Shown: positions 10,021-19,859 of the stretch, in pieces
Position numbering within the stretch: the first letter of the stretch is position 1
Layout of the letters: the number at the start of each line of letters is the position of its first letter
Notes under the pieces: model-generated
The model's input: only the letters and a program-made list of their open reading frames with translations
Told to the model about the DNA's origin: nothing
Database searches by the model: none
Program-made: the position numbers and the translations under genes
Assembly (NCBI GenBank): GCA_963675595.2
Contig: CAXXLZ010000001.1
Location: forward strand, 1,568,001 to 1,632,000
Source of the DNA: Thermodesulfobacteriota bacterium
GTDB taxonomy: Bacteria; Desulfobacterota; Desulfarculia; JACQYL01
DNA: 64,000 bases
Reading direction: 5' to 3'

Positions 10021-10920
10021 ATGAGAATACAGACTCCCGGCTTCATTCAAGATCAACTGCTTTTTCTCGGCACACGGCATAGCTGTATCTATCTTTTGAT
10101 GGGCGAATCATACGCACTCATCGGAGGCGGCGTGGCTTGGGAAGTCGCTCGATTGGAATCCCAATTGGACGAATTCGGTATCGATCGCAGCCGAATCAAA
10201 TATCTGGTTATTTCCCACGCACATCATGATCATTGTGGCGCCGTCCCCTATCTGATCCAAATGTACCCGCACATTCGGACGATCTCTTCGGACTACTGCG
10301 CCAAGATTCTGATGAAGGAAAATGCGGTGCGCCTCATGAAGGACGTCAACCGCGGAACGTTGAAGACTCTGAAACGCCCTCAAGAGCACCAGGGCATTTC
10401 CTTGGATTTTCTTCCGATCCAGGTTGACCGGCGAGTAGGCGACGACGATCGACTGGATCTCGGAGAAGGCCTTTCCATGCGTTTTTTCACGACCCCCGGT
10501 CATTCACGATGCTCCCTGACCGTCTATGTTCCCGAAATGCGGGCTTTGTTTCCCGGAGATGCGATTCCGGTTCCGGAAACCGGAAAACGTGAGCTCACGG
10601 TGACGGCAAATCACGACTACGACCACTACCTTGAAAGCCTCGGCAAGCTGGAAGAGCTCTCGGTTGCTCTGGTAGGCTACGAGCATGGGGGAGTAATCAT
10701 CGAGGAAGACGTCCAAGACATCATATCGAGAGGCATCGAGGCAACGCGTTCTCAGCGCGAACGAATTCAGACGCGTTACAAAGAGCTTGGAGATATCAAT
10801 CTCCTGATTGATGAAACCGCACAGAAGTTCCACGAACTTGAGCTCTTCAAACTGGTCCCGTGGGATATCATGAAGGCGATTATCGACAGAATGGTCAGGA
10901 GCGCTCTGGGACTGGTCTGA
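10021..10920 (+). CDS. Metallo-beta-lactamase fold hydrolase
   Basis: Contains HAHHDH, TPGHS, FPGD and EHGG. Paralogous to 32804..33721. Confidence 0.88.
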   Translation: MRIQTPGFIQDQLLFLGTRHSCIYLLMGESYALIGGGVAWEVARLESQLDEFGIDRSRIKYLVISHAHHDHCGAVPYLIQMYPHIRTISSDYCAKILMKENAVRLMKDVNRGTLKTLKRPQEHQGISLDFLPIQVDRRVGDDDRLDLGEGLSMRFFTTPGHSRCSLTVYVPEMRALFPGDAIPVPETGKRELTVTANHDYDHYLESLGKLEELSVALVGYEHGGVIIEEDVQDIISRGIEATRSQRERIQTRYKELGDINLLIDETAQKFHELELFKLVPWDIMKAIIDRMVRSALGLV

Positions 10921-10970
10921 AGGCCTGCCGAAAAGAATTCATGCCTCGACTCTTCAGGAGTATCCGCGAC

Positions 10971-12443
10971 ATGTTCCTGAAAAGACTGCCCATCAACGAC
11001 ATACGACCTTGGCCTGAATTGGAGGCGCTCCTGCCTATTCGTCGGAACGACCTCGGTTATCTCAGGGCGGATTTGGAGAAGCACGGCCCGCAACTCCCTC
11101 TGGTCGTGGATCAGACCTTTCGGCTGATCGACGGCTACAGGCGCTTGCATATCATGCTCGACCTGGGCATCGAAGAGGCTTGGTGCCTGGTCAAAGCCTT
11201 CACCGGCGACGACGAGGCCGTTGCCTTTGCCCTGACCAACAAGATATCCTCGCAGAACCTGCATCCCACCGACCGCTCCAATCTTCTCCGAATGCTGGGG
11301 GACACCGGCTCCGCCAAAACCGTCCGGAAAAAAACGCTTGAGGCTCGTACCTATGTTCCTGAGCAACTGCTGGCGCTGTACGAATCCGGAGATATCGGCG
11401 ACCAATCCATTTCAAAACTGATCCAGGAAATGAAAGCGGTGGAGAGAGCCGTGGGTAAGAAGGGCGTCGAACACGTCAAGACGCTCCTCGACGGGAGAGA
11501 GTCCCCCTGGCTCAAGCTGGCGACAATCAGAGGCTTTCTCAAGAACGACGAAATTCCGGATTCCGTAAAACAACAGGCCATGGAGGAGAGGTGGCCGCTC
11601 ACGGAAATCAGCAGCGCCACGTGGCGCATAATCAACCGGAAGACCGTCCTGGAAAACCGACTTCGAGAACGGGAGAAAGAACAGCGGCGTCGGGACTTCG
11701 AGGAGAAATACGGTCGGGTGCCGGATCATGTGGCCGAGGAGCATCATCGATGGGTGGAATCCAGGCTTCGGCAATTTTTCGACAATTGGGGTATTTCGCG
11801 GGATCGAGCTCTCTCCTCGGGTGAACTCGAGCAGGATCGACTGGTATCGGAGAGGATGAAGCGGGAGATCGAAGACTATCGCGAACAGGTCGAAGAGCGA
11901 AGAGCGGATCTCTTGGACCGGCTCAATGTTCTCACAAACAAGATTGAGCGGGTTGCCGATGCACGCTCCCGAGGCGTGGACGAATCGTCGCGTTCCGCCT
12001 GGGACATGGAAACCGTTGACGCCTCACTCCGAACGCCCCTGGACGAGAAATGGGCCGAACGTCTGCCGAGGTTGGAGGAGGAGAGAATCCGCATCGATCG
12101 GGAGGCCGGGCTGCTGCACCTCAAACTCGAAGTCCAGAAACTCCAAGGTGAATACCGGGAGCAATTGGCGATTCACGAGAAGCAGGGGGCCAATCACCGA
12201 AATCAGGAGATGGATGTTCGGATCGAGATGTTGGGGCTGCTCCCCGATACCTGGGACACCATGCCCGAGAAAGAGTGGAAACGTTTCACCAGGGCTTTTC
12301 GACATTTCCTGCATCCCGACCGATCAGGAAATATCTTCAACCACACGTCTTCCGTAGTCAACGCGCTGTTGGACTATGCCGAAACCAAAAGAGCCTTTAA
12401 CCTGCGCCGACCCTCGGCATTCGAGTCTGATCCTCAGCCTTGA
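10971..12443 (+). CDS. ParB/Srx N-terminal domain protein with coiled coil and C-terminal J-domain-like segment
   Basis: N-terminus has PLVVD..RLIDGYRRL, the middle is E/R-rich and helical, and the C-terminus reads EMLGL.PD...EWKR..R...LHPDRSG. RBS AGGAG precedes ATG 10971; an alternative start is 10941. Confidence 0.7.
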   Translation: MFLKRLPINDIRPWPELEALLPIRRNDLGYLRADLEKHGPQLPLVVDQTFRLIDGYRRLHIMLDLGIEEAWCLVKAFTGDDEAVAFALTNKISSQNLHPTDRSNLLRMLGDTGSAKTVRKKTLEARTYVPEQLLALYESGDIGDQSISKLIQEMKAVERAVGKKGVEHVKTLLDGRESPWLKLATIRGFLKNDEIPDSVKQQAMEERWPLTEISSATWRIINRKTVLENRLREREKEQRRRDFEEKYGRVPDHVAEEHHRWVESRLRQFFDNWGISRDRALSSGELEQDRLVSERMKREIEDYREQVEERRADLLDRLNVLTNKIERVADARSRGVDESSRSAWDMETVDASLRTPLDEKWAERLPRLEEERIRIDREAGLLHLKLEVQKLQGEYREQLAIHEKQGANHRNQEMDVRIEMLGLLPDTWDTMPEKEWKRFTRAFRHFLHPDRSGNIFNHTSSVVNALLDYAETKRAFNLRRPSAFESDPQP

Positions 12444-13008
12444 ATGCTGCGTATTCATCCTCCAGTTCCTGAATGGTTTCCAGGAGCATGCCTCCCCGCC
12501 ACTCTGCTGCGGCGACTTCTTCGATCAAAGACCCCGTGTCGGAATAGGCCAAACAGGAATTCAGTAGTTCCGGTCGGAAGGCGAACACGTATTTGTAGAG
12601 CTGAGACTTTGTAATGTCGGGATACATTTCATTGAGAATCCGCCGGATTCTCATCCCACGCCCCAGAAGCGCCCCTTCGACCGTGTCTTTGAACAAGGTG
12701 TTCAAATGCGTGCAGCAAACGCTCGCACCCTTTTTGAGCAGCCGCTTTACGATCCCGGGTTCCACACGCCTGCCGATCATCTCCGTCATCATCGGCAATG
12801 CGCCTAAACAGGCGTCGTGAGGATATCGAATGATCCGGGAATCCAGGGATAATATCTCGAGCTCAGGATGAGAGAACTCACCGACCATCTCGAGATGATG
12901 GTTGGGGTCCTCGAAAACCGCGTGCACCATGAGCGTTTTTCGTTGCGTAAATGATACGGACGAGTCCTTCCTTCTGCGCCCGAGCAAGGCGCCTTCCATT
13001 TCCGTCAT
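12397..13008 (-). CDS. DUF2889 domain protein
   Basis: Contains EDPNHHL, RYPHDAC, CTHL and LLNSCLAY. The start is uncertain (13008 or 13059). Confidence 0.7.
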   Translation of the reverse strand: MTEMEGALLGRRRKDSSVSFTQRKTLMVHAVFEDPNHHLEMVGEFSHPELEILSLDSRIIRYPHDACLGALPMMTEMIGRRVEPGIVKRLLKKGASVCCTHLNTLFKDTVEGALLGRGMRIRRILNEMYPDITKSQLYKYVFAFRPELLNSCLAYSDTGSLIEEVAAAEWRGGMLLETIQELEDEYAAFKAEDQTRMPRVGAG

Positions 13009-13184
13009 TGCCTTCGCTTTCACCACTGCAACGCGGCACTGTGTGTGACGTAAATTCACGCCGCAGTGTGCGTCTTGTCCTGAAACTCAATACCTAACCG
13101 CAGAAAATCACCTTGCAGGTGCGCCCATCGAGAATTCTCCCTGCCGATCCCGACGCTGAACATCGGGAAATCCTGCAACCGAGA

Positions 13185-14270
13185 CTAGTCCACTTCGATG
13201 CGGTCAATGCTGGCTTCGGCCACCTTGCGGCTCTCCGCTTGGATCTCGCCCACCAGTGCGCTGATCTCTTTCGAGGCGTTTCCGGACTTCTGAGCGAGCG
13301 CTCTGATTTCTTGAGACACGACGGCGAACCCCGCCCCCATCTCGCCGGCACGAGCCGCCTCCACTGCGGCGTTGATGGCCAGCAGGTTTGTCTGGCGAGC
13401 GATGAGATCAATGGTCTTCACCATGTCGTCGATTCTACCCACCTTGTTGGCCAGAGAGCGGGCCGTCTCAATCTGTTCCTGGATGGCGTTGTCTTTCTTC
13501 ACTTCTTCACTGACATCACGGCCGATTTCAAGAAATCCTTCGGTTTTTCCTTCGGCATTCTTCAGTGCGGTCACGGTACAGTGCAGAGGAAAGACTTCCC
13601 CGTTCTTCCGCCGTCGTCGCATGGTGAAGAGCGCCTTCCCTTGGGACATGACTTGCTTGCTGCGCTTACGTTGGATGTCCGCCGCGCGACCGGTGTCGTC
13701 CTTGATGAAGGAGAAGGCGACGGGACGTCCAATGGCTTCGTCGTAATTCCATCCGAAGATGTTCTCGGCGCCGGTGTTCCAGCTCTTGACCTTTCCGTCC
13801 ATTCCGACCACGAGGAATGCATACAGGGACGAGCTGTCCAAGACTTTCTGAAAAAAAAGCTTCTCCTGTTCAAGCCTCGCTCTGATGTCGTTTCCTTCGT
13901 CCTGGGCCTCATGGTGCGGGAGCAGTTTCCGCTCCTCAGTCCCTTGGGCTTCCAAGTCGGTTATGCGGTGCCTCATGCTCCTGACCCGGGTGATCAGAGC
14001 CTGCTGAAGACCGCCTTCGTCCAACCCCGAAGCATCCAGCGATTCATCCGACTCTTCTTCCAGCAAATCCACCAATCCCGACCACCGAGCACGTTCCTTT
14101 CGGAACATCATGTATAGGCAGGCCTCGGTAGCCACGAAAAGCGCCGCCACCACGAGCCCGGCCGCCTGGAAAGCATCCGGAGAAAGCAAGTACCAAAGGG
14201 CACCCCAGGCGACGACAAATAACAACGCGATCAAGCCCATCGAAATCCAAGAGTTGCGACTGGTAATCAT
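13185..14270 (-). CDS. Methyl-accepting chemotaxis protein with PAS domain and a short signalling domain
   Basis: Two N-terminal hydrophobic helices, a PAS domain ([11 protein letters not shown]; RRKNGEVFP) and [37 protein letters not shown]. Confidence 0.88.
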   Translation of the reverse strand: MITSRNSWISMGLIALLFVVAWGALWYLLSPDAFQAAGLVVAALFVATEACLYMMFRKERARWSGLVDLLEEESDESLDASGLDEGGLQQALITRVRSMRHRITDLEAQGTEERKLLPHHEAQDEGNDIRARLEQEKLFFQKVLDSSSLYAFLVVGMDGKVKSWNTGAENIFGWNYDEAIGRPVAFSFIKDDTGRAADIQRKRSKQVMSQGKALFTMRRRRKNGEVFPLHCTVTALKNAEGKTEGFLEIGRDVSEEVKKDNAIQEQIETARSLANKVGRIDDMVKTIDLIARQTNLLAINAAVEAARAGEMGAGFAVVSQEIRALAQKSGNASKEISALVGEIQAESRKVAEASIDRIEVD

Positions 14271-14649
14271 GACTCCTCCCGTTTGCGCACGATTATTAGG
14301 GGATCTGGGCGTATAAAGGCGTCCGGTCCCTCCGCGACTGCCACCTGAACCATCCGACCGCGACAAAGAAAAATATTCTTCCCTCGAGGCAAGCCGGCAT
14401 TGCTGATCCGACCATGTCCGGCCTTCTCAAATCACGAAATGCTTGTGTGACGAGCGCCGTCGAAAAATCCATGTGTTCTCGCCAAGGAAAAGCCGACATT
14501 TTCAAGTATGTCTTCCCCATGGTCCGGTCGGTGTGCCCTGATTCCCGATCTTTCGGCGAGTTCATGAATAGGCAAATCAACTAGCTGATAACTCTAAGAA
14601 AACTTGACAAACGGATGCAAAACGCGAAACTCTTCTTCAGGCCTGCTGC

Positions 14650-14692
14650 TTGACTGAATACAAGAAAGCCCTTATAGAATATTTAAAATATT
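14650..14692 (+). promoter_or_regulatory. Putative sigma70 promoter with overlapping 7-1-7 AT-rich inverted repeat
   Basis: TTGACT at 14650 and TATAGA/TAGAAT at 14673-14680. Inverted repeat AATATTT-A-AAATATT at 14678-14692. Confidence 0.45.
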
Positions 14693-14738
14693 TTTTCCAC
14701 TGTGCACCTTTTCTGATCGACATTTTTTGAGGTCTCCT

Positions 14739-15161
14739 ATGAAACTGCAAGTACATCACATAGGCGTGGTGGTAAAGGACATCGACGAAGGTAAGAAGAG
14801 CTATGAAGAGGTTTTCGGGTGCAAGGAAATGGCTCGCTTCGTAGTGGACGCCTTCAACGCGGAAGTCAGCTTCCTTCCTTTCGACAACACTTACGTTGAG
14901 CTCGTCAGGCCTCTCAAGGACGACGGTTTGGGCCGGTTCTTGGAGAAGAACGGTCCGGGGACGATCCACCACATCTGTTACATCGTGGACGACATGGACG
15001 AGGCCTACCGGTATTTTACCGAAGAAAAAGGGCTTCGGGCCGTTACCGGCGTTCCTCAAAAGGTACCGTGTTTTGAGAAGGCTTTGTTCTTCCATCCGAA
15101 AGATACCGGCGGCACACTGGTTGAGCTCGTGAGCGGCGCAACCTGCCCGCTCCCGGAATAA
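14739..15161 (+). CDS. VOC family protein, methylmalonyl-CoA epimerase-like
   Basis: Contains HHIGVVV, VELV, RFLEKNG, HHICY and FFHPKDTGGTLVEL. Confidence 0.82.
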   Translation: MKLQVHHIGVVVKDIDEGKKSYEEVFGCKEMARFVVDAFNAEVSFLPFDNTYVELVRPLKDDGLGRFLEKNGPGTIHHICYIVDDMDEAYRYFTEEKGLRAVTGVPQKVPCFEKALFFHPKDTGGTLVELVSGATCPLPE

Positions 15162-15416
15162 TCTCCCCGCCCGATTGAGAAGCGCCTACCGCCCGGAAGG
15201 CGTCCTTTCGAAGTCGCCGTGGAGTGCAAGGGGTCGTTCTCCCGCAACCTTGGATGTGCATGATCTTCCGAACGGCCCCCGCAGTGGAAGTGCGGAGTCT
15301 TGTCCGAGGCGAAAGCGTTGTTGCGGCACATGGACACGATTCGGATCGTCGGAGGATGGAGTCGTGTCAAGGTCCCATCACTCGGCGGTGGTTCACGCCT
15401 CTTACGCCGTCTTCCA

Positions 15417-17306
15417 TTATTTTGTCGAACTCATCCCGAGTTCCGCCATCCTTGCCGAGGGCGGGCCGCCGGTTTGGCTGCTCCAGCCTCGTTCGTCGTA
15501 ATAATCCCGCACAAGCTGCTGAAATTTTTCCCTGTCCAAAGGCCCGAAACCGCTCTCCCCGGCAGGGGCCGTTTCTTTAAAGAACCTTTCGGGACAGGTG
15601 TCGTCCGCGGTCTCGGCCCCTTCACGAAGGTTGAAGGCGCGACGTACATGCCACATATTCTCCGCCGCCCGCAAAAGGTCGTCCCTCCCGGTTTCAATTC
15701 CGGTCACGGCGGTGCAGGCCTCGGCCCAAAGCTCCAAGGGAAGCCTTTGATACGGAGGAAACTGGCAGATGCCGAGGATTTCCAGAACCGACGTCACATC
15801 TTCGGTCCACTTGTTTAATCGGGCCACATTGTAACCGTCGTCCGACACGATGCGCTCGACGGCGTCCTCGGGCAAACCGATCTTGGAGCAATACCTGCGG
15901 ATTTGCTCCGCCGTTCGCTCCACCATGGCCACACTGACGTTGGATATGTATCCCCGAACGTTTGTGAACTGCGAGAAGATCTCCGTGGAGCCCAATCGCG
16001 CTCGAGGGTCATACAGCACCCCCAATCCTTTGGAATGCATGGCATAGGGAAGCGTCTCGGGCCCCAGGGCTTCGGCGGCTCTGTCCAGTCCCTCCGCCAA
16101 AACGTCTCCCAAGCCTTCGCGGTAAGCGATCTTCCTGATCCATGTCCGGACGGATGGGCCGTCGCCCCAAACGGGAAGAGTCTCCTCCGCATCTCCCCCC
16201 TTGAGTAACCCTCTCTGGTTCAGCTCCATGATAAAGGAGATCAAATTCCCCACGCTCATGAAGTCCAATCCCAAACGAGCGGCGGTTTCCGCGCATTGGA
16301 TCGTCTCGCCCCAACCGTCCACCAAGCAGAACGTGCCGAAGCTTTGCATGACCGAATTCATGCAGGAGACCGCCAGACGATTTCGCGTGCCGTTCGACGC
16401 CTGGAAATCGATGTGATGTTTGCACCCGATGGGACAGCCCTGACATGCCACGTCCCCGTTCTTGAACAGCTCGACGAATTCTTCCAGAGGGAACTTCTCC
16501 AGCAATTCTTCGCGATAGGCGGTCTGGTAGTTCTTGCTTGCGTAAAGCCCCAAACGGCTGAAGGCCTCCAGACTGATCAACGTTCCGTATTTTCGCCAGT
16601 TCAGCAGGTTGGGATCCGCACGGAGGATTCGATAGATGTTTTTGACAACTTTCAGAAAACGGTTCCGATCCGCAACACCGATGCCTCCACTCCCATAGAG
16701 GGCTACGGCTTTGAGGTTCTTGGAGCCCATGACCGCACCCATGCCGGTTCGTGCGAAGGCGGCATATTTGTTCGTGATCAAGCCGGCGTCCCGCACCAGA
16801 TGTTCGCCGGCGGGCCCGATGCAGGTGACGTGAAATCGATCCCCGAGAGCCTGCCAGAGCAGGTCCGTCGTGTCGAACACGTCCTGGCCCCAAAGGTCTC
16901 CGGCATCCAGGAACTCCACATTGCTGTTCTCGATTTTCAGTACCGTGGGTTTCGCGGCGCGACCGGTCACAATCAAATGATCGTACCCCGCGAACTTGAG
17001 CATACCGAACAATCCGTGACCCGAGATACCGATGAATTTTCGTAAAGGAGAGCGGGCGGTAACGTTCCCTTTCCCCGATCCGGGCACCATAGTGCCCACC
17101 AGAGGGCCTAAGCCGAAGATCATTTCATTGTCCGGCGCGAAAGGATCACCGAACGGTTCCAGTTCCATGAACGCCAACGCCGCGTTGATCGCGGCGCCCC
17201 CTCGGAAATGAAGCAACAACTCTTCCGGAATCCGTTCCACGTGCGCCTTCTTCCGAGTCAGATCGACCCGGAGCAATCGTCCCGTGTACCCTCCCATTGG
17301 TCCCAT
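15417..17306 (-). CDS. aor: Aldehyde:ferredoxin oxidoreductase family protein (W-pterin)
   Basis: Contains GYTGRLLRVDL, CIGPAGE, RTGMGAVMGSKNLKA, CQGCPIGC and YYDERGW. Confidence 0.9.
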   Translation of the reverse strand: MGPMGGYTGRLLRVDLTRKKAHVERIPEELLLHFRGGAAINAALAFMELEPFGDPFAPDNEMIFGLGPLVGTMVPGSGKGNVTARSPLRKFIGISGHGLFGMLKFAGYDHLIVTGRAAKPTVLKIENSNVEFLDAGDLWGQDVFDTTDLLWQALGDRFHVTCIGPAGEHLVRDAGLITNKYAAFARTGMGAVMGSKNLKAVALYGSGGIGVADRNRFLKVVKNIYRILRADPNLLNWRKYGTLISLEAFSRLGLYASKNYQTAYREELLEKFPLEEFVELFKNGDVACQGCPIGCKHHIDFQASNGTRNRLAVSCMNSVMQSFGTFCLVDGWGETIQCAETAARLGLDFMSVGNLISFIMELNQRGLLKGGDAEETLPVWGDGPSVRTWIRKIAYREGLGDVLAEGLDRAAEALGPETLPYAMHSKGLGVLYDPRARLGSTEIFSQFTNVRGYISNVSVAMVERTAEQIRRYCSKIGLPEDAVERIVSDDGYNVARLNKWTEDVTSVLEILGICQFPPYQRLPLELWAEACTAVTGIETGRDDLLRAAENMWHVRRAFNLREGAETADDTCPERFFKETAPAGESGFGPLDREKFQQLVRDYYDERGWSSQTGGPPSARMAELGMSSTK

Positions 17307-17315
17307 CCAATCCTC

Positions 17316-17552
17316 CTACACCTTTTCGAGTACGCCGTATTCGCAATAGGACGCGCAAGCCCCGCACTGCATACAACCGGCCAGCAGCTCCACACGGAAT
17401 CGGTTCGTGCCCTCCACTCGAGAAGGACGAATGTGCGCCGCCGAAGGCTGAAACTTCTTTTCGGGAGATTGAAAGAATGAACAGACGAGCTGACACATCA
17501 GGCATCCGGAGCACTTCTCCGGGTGCACCACCCTGGTTTGCTTTGTCTTCAT
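17316..17552 (-). CDS. Small 4Fe-4S dicluster protein
   Basis: Contains CSGCLMCQLVC and CMQCGACASYC. RBS GGAGG. Confidence 0.85.
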   Translation of the reverse strand: MKTKQTRVVHPEKCSGCLMCQLVCSFFQSPEKKFQPSAAHIRPSRVEGTNRFRVELLAGCMQCGACASYCEYGVLEKV

Positions 17553-17628
17553 GAGCCCTCCCGAGTCCCTGCTGATCGAAGCGATCTTCTTAAATAGCCC
17601 CGTTTGCCAATCCACGTCGGACGACAGG

Positions 17629-19719
17629 CTAAGCCTTTGATATCCGACAGGCGATGGCGCGCAAGTTGGGCGTACCGAAAGCCTTGCCCAATTTGGTGCC
17701 GTCCGTCAATACATTGAAATTGGAGCGGTCCCAACTGTACAGGTTTTCAGGGCCCGTTTCCGGAAGCCACCAGCCGGGATCCGCGCAAACCACCCTCGGA
17801 TCGACTCCGTCCCATAAGACCGCTTTGAACCTTATTTGGTCCCTTCTCGTGGTCACATATACTTCATCTCCCTCAACGATTCCAGCCTCCCGCGCACAGT
17901 CGGGGTGCACCGTAAGGACCGGGTCCGGTCGACGCTTTCTGAGCGCCTCGATTCTGCGATTGGAGGAACATAGAAACTCCGCGGGCTTGGCGGAAGTAAG
18001 CACCAGGGGAAATTCATCCGTCAGTTCTTCGGGAAGGCCTTCAAACTCGGGCAGCGGCGGAAATCCCATCTTCTCGGCTTTCGACAGCACCAATTCCACC
18101 TTCCCGCTGGGGGTGGCAAAACCTCTTTCCAAGTACTTCCGGTATCGCCTTTCAGATTTCAGCATGCCCTGCTCGGCGAATTGGGCATAGCTCAGCCCGG
18201 AAGGACGCAGTATCTCCTCAGGAATCTCCTCGTAATCATCGAACCAGTATTCTCCCAGGCCCAAGGCCTTGCCCAGTTCGTTGAGAATCTTGATGTCGGG
18301 CCAACATTCAGGCGGCGGGTCCACCACACGGGGACGCGCCAGAATATAGCCGTGTCCCAGACCGTAATGGCCGATGTCATTGAATTCGAGCTCCGTGGCG
18401 GCAGGCAGCACAACGTCGGCCAACGCCGCCGTGGGCGTCATGAACAAGTCCGACACCACCAGAAAGTCTAGGTATTTCAGGGCCCTAACGACCTCACGGC
18501 TGTCCACGTAGGAAAGGACCGGATTGGCGCACTGGATATACGCTCCTCGAACGGGATAGGGATCGTCGTCGATGACCGCCCGGTAGAAATGCGCCGGCGG
18601 CACCACCATGAACCGAGGCAGGACTTTGTGCCGAAAAGAAATCATCTCGGCAAACTTCTTCGGTAAAAGATCGGCCTGGACAAAACTACGCAAAGAGGTC
18701 ACCGGAGGTTCTCCCCCGTCCAGGTTCCCTCCCGGAACATCAAGGTTCCCCGTGACGGCCATCAAGGAGACCAGAGCGCGGCACGTCTCCAAGTTGGATA
18801 CGTTCTGCTCGATTCCGTTCCCCCAATGGATCACGGCCGGTTTGGCCGTTGCATAGAGCCGGGTCGCTTCGCGCACCAGTCCCGCGTCGACCCAAGTAAT
18901 CTCCTCCAATTTCTCGGGCGCATAGCGAAGAACACTGGACGCCAATTGGTCGAACCCGTGAGTCCAGGATGACGTGAAGTCTTCGTCGTATAACCGCTCT
19001 TCCACGATGACGCTCAGCACGGACAGCGCGAGGGCCGTCTCGGAACCGGGCCGAAGTTGAAGCCAATAATCCGCTCTGGAAGCCATTTCCGTGCGACGGG
19101 GATCCACCACGATCACCCGGCTTCCCGCTTTGATTCTTTTCATGAGCTTGCGGTGAATCACTCCTTCCTCATTGGTGGCCGTGGGATTGCTGCCCCACAG
19201 AAACACGCAGGAAGTAGGCAGATCGTAGTCCACCACGGGAAAGAAGCCGCATACATGCATGCTCGTGATCTCCCGGGGCATATGACATACATCCTGGGGT
19301 CCCACCACATTGGGAGATCCGAAAGTGTTTGCCAGGCGTATCAGCACGAAGTGTTCAAGCCCTTTGGGCATTCCCTGGCAGAAAGCCACGGCACGGGCTC
19401 CATGGCGCTCTTTGATTTCATTCAAGCGATCCGCAATCAAGGCCAAGGCCTCGCTCCACGGGATGGATTCCCACCGGTTCTCTCCGCGCTCACCTCGCCT
19501 CAACAAAGGCGAACGAAGCCGATCCGGATGGGCGAGCCGCCGGGGATGGGAAAGTCCTTTAATGCAGATATGGCCTTCACTGACAGGATCTTCGGGGTCG
19601 CCTTTGATCTGAACGATACGGTTGTCTTCAACACGGCAAAGGAGACCGCACCCTCCATGGTCCATGCGACCGCAATGTGTCTTCTTCCATTGATTTGAAC
19701 TCGACACGCGTGGCTCCAT
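17629..19719 (-). CDS. Molybdopterin (Mo/W-bisPGD) oxidoreductase, acetylene-hydratase-like clade, cytoplasmic
   Basis: Contains CGRMDHGGC...CIKG, HPDRLRSPL, WGSNP, VVDPR, TPTAALADVVLPA and TPSGKVE. No Tat signal visible. Confidence 0.88.
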   Translation of the reverse strand: MEPRVSSSNQWKKTHCGRMDHGGCGLLCRVEDNRIVQIKGDPEDPVSEGHICIKGLSHPRRLAHPDRLRSPLLRRGERGENRWESIPWSEALALIADRLNEIKERHGARAVAFCQGMPKGLEHFVLIRLANTFGSPNVVGPQDVCHMPREITSMHVCGFFPVVDYDLPTSCVFLWGSNPTATNEEGVIHRKLMKRIKAGSRVIVVDPRRTEMASRADYWLQLRPGSETALALSVLSVIVEERLYDEDFTSSWTHGFDQLASSVLRYAPEKLEEITWVDAGLVREATRLYATAKPAVIHWGNGIEQNVSNLETCRALVSLMAVTGNLDVPGGNLDGGEPPVTSLRSFVQADLLPKKFAEMISFRHKVLPRFMVVPPAHFYRAVIDDDPYPVRGAYIQCANPVLSYVDSREVVRALKYLDFLVVSDLFMTPTAALADVVLPAATELEFNDIGHYGLGHGYILARPRVVDPPPECWPDIKILNELGKALGLGEYWFDDYEEIPEEILRPSGLSYAQFAEQGMLKSERRYRKYLERGFATPSGKVELVLSKAEKMGFPPLPEFEGLPEELTDEFPLVLTSAKPAEFLCSSNRRIEALRKRRPDPVLTVHPDCAREAGIVEGDEVYVTTRRDQIRFKAVLWDGVDPRVVCADPGWWLPETGPENLYSWDRSNFNVLTDGTKLGKAFGTPNLRAIACRISKA

Positions 19720-19859
19720 GGTTTATTGTGTTTACCCACCAAAAAAAGACAGGAACACCCTATCATAAATCCAGGATAATTTCAATTTTCCTAACGTTCC
19801 TATGATTTTTCCCTTGTTACCCGATCGATAATACAAAGAACCTTCAATCGGAAAAGACG

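Noticed and set aside
14280-14600. Possible c-di-GMP riboswitch upstream of the MCP
   Set aside because: Only fragments (CCGAAAG, GCCGGCTTGCC) are present. The GGCAAA/GACGCAAA core and correct spacing are absent.
15227-15280. GGGGTCG...CG(G/A)CCCC hairpin, similar to one at about 26724-26759
   Set aside because: The similarity is limited to about 10 bp of GC-rich stem, too little to call a second repeat family.
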